Below, piece after piece: positions 42,756 to 49,999 of a DNA stretch of 64,000 bases; within the stretch, counting starts at the first letter, position 1; each line of letters starts with the position of its first letter. This DNA is from Nitrosopumilus sp. GTDB lineage: Archaea > Thermoproteota > Nitrososphaeria > Nitrososphaerales > Nitrosopumilaceae. The notes below the pieces were generated by a model that saw nothing but the letters and a program-made list of their open reading frames with translations, did not search any database and was not told the origin of the DNA. The translations under genes were made by a program, and so were the position numbers. The DNA is taken from the NCBI GenBank assembly GCA_965249555.1, contig OZ252243.1, positions 2,112,001 through 2,176,000 of the forward strand, given 5' to 3'.

Positions 42756-43433
42756 TCAGTCTTTGTTTTGTAGAATGTCTTTTACCTCGTTCAGAGATTT
42801 TGCCATCTCATTTTGAGATTTTGCCATCTCATTTTGAGATTTTGCAATATTGTTTTGTAGAATGTCTTTTACCTCGTTCAGAGATTTTGCCATCTCGTTC
42901 TGAGATTTTGCAATGGATTCCAATGCCGTCAGGTTTTCTTTGCCGACATCATATATTGCCTCTTTGATACTTGTGCCAATATTCATGTTTTCTTTGCCGA
43001 CATCATATATTGCCTCTTTGATACTTGTGCCAATATTCATGTTTTCTTTGCCGACATCATATATTGCCTCTTTGATACTTGTGCCAATATTCATGTTTTC
43101 TTTGCCGACATCATATATTGCCTCTTTGATACTTGTGCCAATATTCATGTTTTCTTTGCCGACATCATATATTGCCTCTTTGATACTTGTGCCAATATCC
43201 ATCGTAGTCCAAGACATTAACATACCTACGAATCCAACTATAATAAAGGCTATGCCTTCACTTAGCAGTCGTTTGTCTGTCAGTTGGCTTGTGATGGTTA
43301 GGAATGACCCAACTACTACCATTGCCACGAATATCATGTTTTGACGTCGTGTAAGACTGATTCTTATTTTCTCTGTTGTTATTTTTTCCATTTTCTTTTT
43401 TGTAATGCTGCAAGCATCATACCTTCTCCACAT
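42756..43433 (-). CDS. Family M2 two-TM protein with five 18-aa (54-bp) repeats and heptad repeats
   Basis: IGTSIKEAIYDVGKEN(MN) x5; SQNEMAK repeats. Confidence 0.75.
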   Translation of the reverse strand: MWRRYDACSITKKKMEKITTEKIRISLTRRQNMIFVAMVVVGSFLTITSQLTDKRLLSEGIAFIIVGFVGMLMSWTTMDIGTSIKEAIYDVGKENMNIGTSIKEAIYDVGKENMNIGTSIKEAIYDVGKENMNIGTSIKEAIYDVGKENMNIGTSIKEAIYDVGKENLTALESIAKSQNEMAKSLNEVKDILQNNIAKSQNEMAKSQNEMAKSLNEVKDILQNKD

Positions 43434-43495
43434 CCAATCTGCCTGTCAGGTGCATTTGCACTGATATTGGATTTGAGAGGATTGTCAGGTCAAAG

Positions 43496-43765
43496 TCAGT
43501 CCTTGTGATATACTGACTTGTGGTCGCATACTCGCATCAAGTCTATTGTATTTTCAGAATATCTTATGTTGTATAGTATTCTGTATTTTCCTACGTTGTA
43601 TGCAAATACTCGCATGTCTGGTTTGTAGACTCCCAAATTTGCAGGATTTTCAGAGTTTTCTAGTTCTTGGATTGCCTAGTTTATTCTTTGTTTGATTTAA
43701 GAATCAAGGTGCTTGTGTTGTTTGAGAAACTTTGCCTTTCTTGTGATATTCCAAGTTTCATTCAA
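43496..43765 (-). pseudogene. RelE/ParE-family toxin with two in-frame stops (not in ORF track)
   Basis: Manual translation: WNITRKAKFLKQHKHLDS*IKQRIN*AIQEL..VGKYRILYNI..IDLMRVCDHKSVY. Confidence 0.75.
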
Positions 43766-43767
43766 GA

Positions 43768-44046
43768 TTATTCTTTGAGTTCTTTCATGAATTCGTCAAA
43801 TGACAGTGTCTTCTTTCCATCATCACTACTTCTAAACTCTATAATGTCTAATACCTCTTCTGGAATTAGATCATCTTCATGCAGTGATTTTAGGTGTCCC
43901 TCAAAAGTATCTGATCTGTAGTTGCCTTTCTCAAAATCTTTTCTGATTATCTCCAGCTTGTCTTCTGGGAAATGCTCAAAGGGATTTACAGTTCTTGTCT
44001 TAGACATGATTCTTGATTGAATTCTCTTGCTTTTAAGACTGTCCAA
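43768..44046 (-). CDS. Probable antitoxin partner
   Basis: Directly upstream of the RelE-like gene; ends KKTLSFDEFMKEL. Confidence 0.55.
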   Translation of the reverse strand: MDSLKSKRIQSRIMSKTRTVNPFEHFPEDKLEIIRKDFEKGNYRSDTFEGHLKSLHEDDLIPEEVLDIIEFRSSDDGKKTLSFDEFMKELKE

Positions 44047-44245
44047 TCTTTTCGAGTTTGTGGATTATTTTTTGTACCTGCTCTTTTATGATACAGTCAA
44101 CTGTGTTTCCAGAACCCAGATTTGATTTCTGTACAAGTTGTGCATATGCATACTTTGTGGCCTTTCTTGCAACTGATTCCACTAGAACCTCAAAAAACGG
44201 TTCGTCCTGGAATTGTTTCAATGCAGATTCTTCAGCAGTCATCAT
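44033..44245 (-). CDS. Small hypothetical protein
   Basis: 70-aa ORF coupled to neighbours. Confidence 0.55.
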   Translation of the reverse strand: MMTAEESALKQFQDEPFFEVLVESVARKATKYAYAQLVQKSNLGSGNTVDCIIKEQVQKIIHKLEKIGQS

Positions 44246-45289
44246 CTATACTTTCTGATTCGCTGTTGGGACAGGAAGCGAGCTTGCAAAGGATTGTACC
44301 ATATGCTGGTTCTTTTCTTTGCGGTATTTTTTGGTTGGTAGATGACCATATTTGTAGTCCAGTCTCCTCAGTTCTGTACCATCCCATTTCTTCTCAAGAG
44401 AGTCTGCCTTTCTTCTGTACACTTTGGATTGTCTTTTGGATGTATGATTCCATGAATCAATCATCTCTGCAGATAGGACTGGCATTGTATGGTTGATGAA
44501 TGCTTTTGTCTCTGAGTCAAACTGTCTGTCTTTGGCATCATCTGTTGGCTCTCGATTGTATTTTTTGAGAATCTCTAGTTTGTCAGAGTCTGTCAATGGT
44601 CTGTCTCCTTCACTGATTGCAGCAACAAAAATCAGACTGCATGATAGTATGGGTCTGACCTGAACAGTCTTTACATCATTACCGCTTGGAATCAGCAACA
44701 ATTCCTCTTGGTGTAAATCTACCATACTTGTAGATGACATTCCAGCTAGTTTGCGTGTGATTCCAGTACTGTGGTATCTCCTTGGTCGGTGTGATAGAAT
44801 TCTGTCAGTCTTTATTGCTGCTCTGATGTCTTTTTTTGCAAATTCTGTCTCCAGGAATTGCTCATCCCATGATGGTACGATACCAGTAGTGAATCTCTTT
44901 CTTTGTACAAGGTATCCTCCACAGACACAACGAGTTATGTCTGCTGGTTGTTTCCAGGAATGGCATCTCTTGCAACAAGTTGCCTTTTCAGTTTTTATGG
45001 AATCCATGTCCACTGATTGCACTTCCAATGGATATGCTCCCTTGAATTTCTTCATTGGCATCTCAAATATGCAGAGTTTGCCGTCTTTGAGAACTGCTAC
45101 GGTTCCCTCTTGGACCCTGTATTGTATTAGAGCCTTGTTGGTTTGGTCATATTTGATATGACCTCTGTATCCTACAGATTCCAGTTTCTGCTCAAGGTAG
45201 TTCTTTGCCAAGAGTAGTTTCTGGCTTTGTACATTTTTTACACTTGTACATGTGTTTTGAATTTTTTTGCTTTGTGTTTTTCGCATCAT
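44246..45289 (-). CDS. Unknown basic Zn-finger-like protein (paralog of 28614-29651)
   Basis: 347 aa; CKRC..CVC. Confidence 0.8.
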   Translation of the reverse strand: MMRKTQSKKIQNTCTSVKNVQSQKLLLAKNYLEQKLESVGYRGHIKYDQTNKALIQYRVQEGTVAVLKDGKLCIFEMPMKKFKGAYPLEVQSVDMDSIKTEKATCCKRCHSWKQPADITRCVCGGYLVQRKRFTTGIVPSWDEQFLETEFAKKDIRAAIKTDRILSHRPRRYHSTGITRKLAGMSSTSMVDLHQEELLLIPSGNDVKTVQVRPILSCSLIFVAAISEGDRPLTDSDKLEILKKYNREPTDDAKDRQFDSETKAFINHTMPVLSAEMIDSWNHTSKRQSKVYRRKADSLEKKWDGTELRRLDYKYGHLPTKKYRKEKNQHMVQSFASSLPVPTANQKV

Positions 45290-45557
45290 AGTATTTTACC
45301 TCACCTAAATGGTGGTCTCTTCTCAAATGCTGCACTAATACAGATTGTAACTGATCTGTCCGTAGATAATCGATGTCGTCACCAGAGTATAGCTTGCGCT
45401 AGTATGAAAAAATAATTTCTGGTGTGAATATATTCCTCATCATTCAATGTCGGGAATCTATTCCTGTTGCTTCATCCTTTTTACGATGAAACAAATGATA
45501 CTGCTGTGCGGACTGGTTGTTCTCTTTGATGTTGTTGTATTTGAGAAAATTCTTTAT

Positions 45558-45616
45558 CCCTCATACCTGCTCGCTGAGTCGATTTCTTTGCAGGGTTGGA
45601 GATTATATCTCAGTTT
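45558..45616 (-). promoter_or_regulatory. Minimal diverged copy of the structured leader core
   Basis: CCTGC/GCAGG and CTGAG/CTCAG stems in the same interleaved order. Confidence 0.55.
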
Positions 45617-45670
45617 GACAAAACCTTGATCTTTTACCGACACTTAAAATAGTACAAAAACAAAATTGTA

Positions 45671-45740
45671 TAGAGGGCTCAGATAGATGGCTGTCATCAC
45701 TAATGATGTCAGATTGCCAGAGACTCATCATAGCCCTCTA
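45671..45740 (-). ncRNA. Box C/D-type guide sRNA, diverged fifth copy
   Basis: UAGAGGGC-U-AUGAUGA-GUCUCUGGCAAU-CUGA-CAUCAUUA-GUGAUGA-CAGCCAUCUAU-CUGA-GCCCUCUA. Confidence 0.85.
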
Positions 45741-46106
45741 TTTTGTTTTTGTATGGTTGGAGATTCTATCTCGGTTTTGCAAAGATTTGGCGTATTTGTG
45801 GTTGTCTAATTAGACAGCCTTTTTGATATTTTTTGTTAAAATTGTGTTTTTTTGTTGTGTTTGAGAAAACCTAGGGATTTTTTCTTATCTGCTGATTTTA
45901 CAGTCTTTTTTGTTGTGTTGGTTTTTTTACGCTTGATTTTAATTATGTATGGAAATTTTCTATTCAGGACTTTTTTTATCTCCATCATACAGCAAAATGC
46001 ATGGGTCGTCAAATTAGGCAACCATACAAGTGATTTTGTGTTTGAGGTTGTCTATTTAGGCAACCACAAAAAGTCGCCTTTTATTGAAAATTTACACCAT
46101 CATACG

Positions 46107-46961
46107 ATGAATGAAAATATAATTGGCTTAGACGTTGGAACTGGTTCAGTCAAAGTTGCAACGGTTCATGGAACGTTTGCATTCCCATCAATAGTTGCAA
46201 GAGGAAAAAGCATGGAGCTTGAATCAAGAGGAATGGTTCTAGTCGGAGAAGATGCAGTAAAGGCAGAACAGGTAAAGTCAGTGGTTCTAAAGACTCCAGT
46301 ATATAGAGGAGCGCCAACATCCATTAATGATTATTTGGAATTGATCAAACATGCATTAGATAAAGCAATAGAGCCACAAAAATATGCGTTATACAAATCC
46401 CAAAAGTATTCCGATTTGGTAATTATTGCAGGAATTCCTTACAATGCAAAAGAGTACAGTCAAAAAATAAAGGACTCAGTTATTGAAAAATTTGCCCCAA
46501 AGTTCTTTGGGTTGATGTATCAGGCAAAGGCAACGCTGGATAATGAAGATATGACTCATGGTATCGTATGTCATATCGGTCATGGTACAACTGAGATAAT
46601 GGTAGTATCGCATGGAAATATTGCACATGCTCAAACAATTAATCACGGGGTTGGAGACATAACAAATGTCATAACATCATCCAAGGCAGACTATTTGAAT
46701 GAGAAGATATTTTCAAAAAATACCGTACAATTAGCAGAGCAGAGAAAAATTCTTGCAGCACACATATCTGATGTATTGGAAAAAGTCATAATTGACTATC
46801 CACAGATTCCTGTGATTTGTGCAGGAGGCGGTGCACTAGTTCCAAAATTGATAGGTGAAATCAAAAATGACATAATTATCCATGTAAGAATTGCAAAGAA
46901 TCCAGTATATTCAAACGCACTTGGAATGCTAAAAAAGGCATCAAAACATGCCTCTGACTGA
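46107..46961 (+). CDS. ParM/StbA-like actin-family ATPase (284 aa; likely start MNENIIGLDVG)
   Basis: GLDVGTGSVK, FPSIV, HIGHGTTE, AGGGAL, YSNALG. Confidence 0.85.
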   Translation: MNENIIGLDVGTGSVKVATVHGTFAFPSIVARGKSMELESRGMVLVGEDAVKAEQVKSVVLKTPVYRGAPTSINDYLELIKHALDKAIEPQKYALYKSQKYSDLVIIAGIPYNAKEYSQKIKDSVIEKFAPKFFGLMYQAKATLDNEDMTHGIVCHIGHGTTEIMVVSHGNIAHAQTINHGVGDITNVITSSKADYLNEKIFSKNTVQLAEQRKILAAHISDVLEKVIIDYPQIPVICAGGGALVPKLIGEIKNDIIIHVRIAKNPVYSNALGMLKKASKHASD

Positions 46962-47226
46962 GAAAGAAAAGAGGGTAATTGTATCTCCTTTATCATTTTC
47001 ATCAAAACAAAGAAAGACTACCAAACACAGGACAAAGATAAAAATTCAAGATATATTGCATGATATGCAATTTCTAATTAAAAATCACCGTATAGTACAT
47101 GATGAGTTTGGAATTGATGTACTTGAAAATGCTGCAATGCCTGAGCATTTCTCAGAATCATACACCAAAGAGAATGACGGAGATACATCACATGATAAAC
47201 CATCAAATGATCCAGACCTGCTTTGA
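46948..47226 (+). CDS. Putative ParR-like adaptor / DNA-binding protein
   Basis: Small protein with basic N-terminus and acidic C-terminus, overlapping the actin stop codon. Confidence 0.6.
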   Translation: MPLTEKEKRVIVSPLSFSSKQRKTTKHRTKIKIQDILHDMQFLIKNHRIVHDEFGIDVLENAAMPEHFSESYTKENDGDTSHDKPSNDPDLL

Positions 47227-47486
47227 ATTCAAATTAATTTTTCATTACATAGTGAAGAAATCAGAAACATGATGGTGATTTTTATACGACAAACATATTA
47301 TTTGTTTTATTGAAAGTTGAGTTTTTTTATTTTGAAGATATTGCAAAAGACAGCATTCAAAAAGATATCAACAGGTTTGTTGAGAATAAAAAATATAGTT
47401 GATTTAAAAATGACATCTGTCATAAACAATGACAAAATATTTGTGCAAATTTTGGTCATGTATGACGATGAAGAAAAAATATGAAA

Positions 47487-47897
47487 TTAGATTTTTGGTA
47501 AATCCTTGATTTTTTGTAGTTGTTGTATCATGTCTGGAATTTGTGCAGGAATCTCAAGAATGACAACTCTGTCTTTGGGATATTTACATGAATATTTAAG
47601 AGGATCATATTTGTGACAAGATATCCATGTTGGAGGTTCCAAAACAACTTTGTTACCATCAACTGACACCACTTTTAGTACTTCTACATATTCTAGTTTT
47701 TTATTATATACAATCTGAAATCCAAGGATTGTTAAATCATGATGATCGTGTGTAATTTTTGCAATTGTATCTATTGTATATCTAAATGCACTTGTTATTT
47801 CTATTTGTAATCTTTTTTGTTTTTCTGAATCTTTATTCATACACAATACTGTAAATTTTATAAAGTGAGATTTCAATTTTGTGGCAATAAAATCCAA
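47487..47897 (-). CDS. Hypothetical protein
   Basis: 136-aa ORF. Confidence 0.5.
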   Translation of the reverse strand: MDFIATKLKSHFIKFTVLCMNKDSEKQKRLQIEITSAFRYTIDTIAKITHDHHDLTILGFQIVYNKKLEYVEVLKVVSVDGNKVVLEPPTWISCHKYDPLKYSCKYPKDRVVILEIPAQIPDMIQQLQKIKDLPKI

Positions 47898-48003
47898 ACA
47901 TCAAAGATATTTTAGGTACAATAATTACAAACCCCAAAAAACACAGAATCAAAATAGCAACCAACCCAAATTAACTAATTCCATTACATTTTTTTCTATG
48001 GGC

Positions 48004-48414
48004 TCATTCCAATAGTACTGTCATGATGTCCACATCATAATTTCCCAACGTATCGTATGCGTCAAATTGTACGATTATCTCATCTCCAGGAGTCATACCT
48101 GTAACTGGTATTACATCCAGATACTCTTTTGATTCTAGTATGTGTATCAACGGAGTTGAATCTGGATTGTGCAGTAATTTTACATGCGAGATAGAATCTA
48201 CAGTAACTGTGACGTTTTGTATGGTGTAATCCCCCATATTGTGTATGGTATAACTCAAAAATACAATATCGTTTACAAGATCTGCCCTTGCAAAGACTTG
48301 TATCTCAAGCTCGTCAAGATTAGTTGCACCTGAATTCAATATTAATGCAAACACAGAGCCTGTAACTGCAGTAACTACTGCGATATGTATCATGGTTTCT
48401 TTTGTTAGCATCAT
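48004..48414 (-). CDS. Pilin-like or membrane-anchored Ig-fold protein
   Basis: N-terminal hydrophobic helix, TIHNMGD..I, beta-rich body. Confidence 0.5.
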   Translation of the reverse strand: MMLTKETMIHIAVVTAVTGSVFALILNSGATNLDELEIQVFARADLVNDIVFLSYTIHNMGDYTIQNVTVTVDSISHVKLLHNPDSTPLIHILESKEYLDVIPVTGMTPGDEIIVQFDAYDTLGNYDVDIMTVLLE

Positions 48415-48941
48415 GACATATCACATGTGACGTATTTTTTTATCTCCAGTATTGCAGGGATCATACTATCAATGCTTGATGCTGTGATGACTAGTTTTGT
48501 ATCATATGCCTTTATTGCTACACCATTGGGAAATGACATCTGTATTGCAGGAAAAGACTGAATATCTTTTGTGTAATGGATGGTACCCCTCAAGACATCA
48601 ACATTTATCACACCATGATACTCAACAATTGCTGAAATCATAACTATTTGAGGTTGGGATGTTACAATACATTTCATCCCAATATCATTTAATTCCCTTA
48701 CAAAATCATGCAATGACTGTATTGCCTTTTCCTGAGTAGTTGATTTTGTAGAAGTCATTTTACCTGAATCATACAGATTGATTGTTCTCTGCTTTGTAGT
48801 AATTACAGTAGCTGGAAATCCATTCGGCCTATACTTTACACCATGTATTTTTTTTAAAATTATATCAACATCAAAACCTGAAATTTCTGCGCTTGAGACA
48901 TAGTTTGTTATCTTTATGATTGGCTTTTTGGTATCCGTCAT
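48411..48941 (-). CDS. tbp: Divergent TATA-box-binding protein homolog (176 aa)
   Basis: Two TBP repeats: IKITNYVSSA..YRPNGFPA..NLYDSGKMTST and IVMISA..QSFPAI..KAYDTKLVIT. Confidence 0.75.
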   Translation of the reverse strand: MTDTKKPIIKITNYVSSAEISGFDVDIILKKIHGVKYRPNGFPATVITTKQRTINLYDSGKMTSTKSTTQEKAIQSLHDFVRELNDIGMKCIVTSQPQIVMISAIVEYHGVINVDVLRGTIHYTKDIQSFPAIQMSFPNGVAIKAYDTKLVITASSIDSMIPAILEIKKYVTCDMS

Positions 48942-48942
48942 G

Positions 48943-49314
48943 TTATGATATGGATGAATTGTATTTGAGCAGGCTTTTTCGGTGATGTACATTTGAGAGA
49001 ACAGTACAAAAACATGCAACAGTCACAATGTATGTAATTATTAGATCATCATACCACAAAAATACCACACACTGTATCAGAAAAGAAATTACACCAATTA
49101 AAAGAAATGACATTCCATTTGGGAGAAATTTTGAAAAAATATGAAACAGTTGGTTTGTCTCATGTGTTTTGTAGTTTGGAATTGATACGGTAGAGAGGAA
49201 ATCAGATGAGAACGCAACTCCCCATAACACAAATGGTATAATCACTCCATAATCTGCAAGAACTACTTTGAGTGCTATTCCAAATAGAACAGAAAATATG
49301 GCAGTGATAAACAA
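48943..49314 (-). CDS. Multi-pass membrane protein
   Basis: About four hydrophobic segments. Confidence 0.6.
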   Translation of the reverse strand: MFITAIFSVLFGIALKVVLADYGVIIPFVLWGVAFSSDFLSTVSIPNYKTHETNQLFHIFSKFLPNGMSFLLIGVISFLIQCVVFLWYDDLIITYIVTVACFCTVLSNVHHRKSLLKYNSSIS

Positions 49315-49350
49315 GGATAAAAAATAACGTGGTGAGTAAAAAAAGACCCA

Positions 49351-49638
49351 TCACCTTGTTGGTGTTTTGTGTGGGTGGATCTTTAGTTGCAGTGCAACTA
49401 GGAAACCACCTCCAATCACTACCAGTGGAACTATTGCAAACATGTAATACTTTATTTCATATATCAGATCTGCCAAAAATCCGCCAAACAAGATTGGCTC
49501 ATCAGGAGGTGTCAGATTAGCATCCCAGTCATTTGCAAGTGCAATAATTACAGCAAGGACCATTATGCCTGCTCCGAGATAACCGAGTGGACCTTGTATT
49601 GCGTCATTTATGTTCTCACCTTTACTACGTCCTATCAT
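49351..49638 (-). CDS. Small two-TM protein (possible transfer/pilus component)
   Basis: Hydrophobic segments; near VirD4/VirB4. Confidence 0.55.
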   Translation of the reverse strand: MIGRSKGENINDAIQGPLGYLGAGIMVLAVIIALANDWDANLTPPDEPILFGGFLADLIYEIKYYMFAIVPLVVIGGGFLVALQLKIHPHKTPTR

Positions 49639-49768
49639 GTATGATGATGGTAGAATTGAATATAAACAGAGAATTTATCCAAAGAAATACAAAAACAGTA
49701 CAAAATCAGAAACGACATTAAGATAGAACAGTGAATTAAAGTCTTATAAAAAAACAGAAAAGACGTCA

Positions 49769-49999
49769 ATGAGTGATAGTGTGGATACACCAGTTGAACA
49801 AAAGTCATATCCCAGTAAGATATGGTATGTGGGACATTTCTTTTTATGGATTATAACCGGATTGGTATGTTATCTTATTTGGAAAGACAAAAACAAAGAA
49901 GCTGCAAGAAAACACTTGATTCACAGTATATGGATTGGATTAATTCCAGAAATTTTTGTATGGGTTGTACTTTTCTCCTCTTTTGGATTGTTAATTTAA
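49769..49999 (+). CDS. Small membrane protein
   Basis: WY....LWIITGLVCYLIWKDK...ARKHL. Confidence 0.6.
   Translation: MSDSVDTPVEQKSYPSKIWYVGHFFLWIITGLVCYLIWKDKNKEAARKHLIHSIWIGLIPEIFVWVVLFSSFGLLI

Noticed and set aside
24068-43344. Recurrent plus-strand ORFs across repeats and cassettes (e.g. HPSAESVLKLCF, MVFFENFC, MKTYQGG)
   Set aside because: Conserved only because the DNA is duplicated; starts and ends vary and they overlap better-supported minus-strand genes
45852-46106. 85-aa N-terminal extension of the actin ORF
   Set aside because: Translates a T-rich intergenic tract; the actin phosphate-1 motif starts right after ATG 46107
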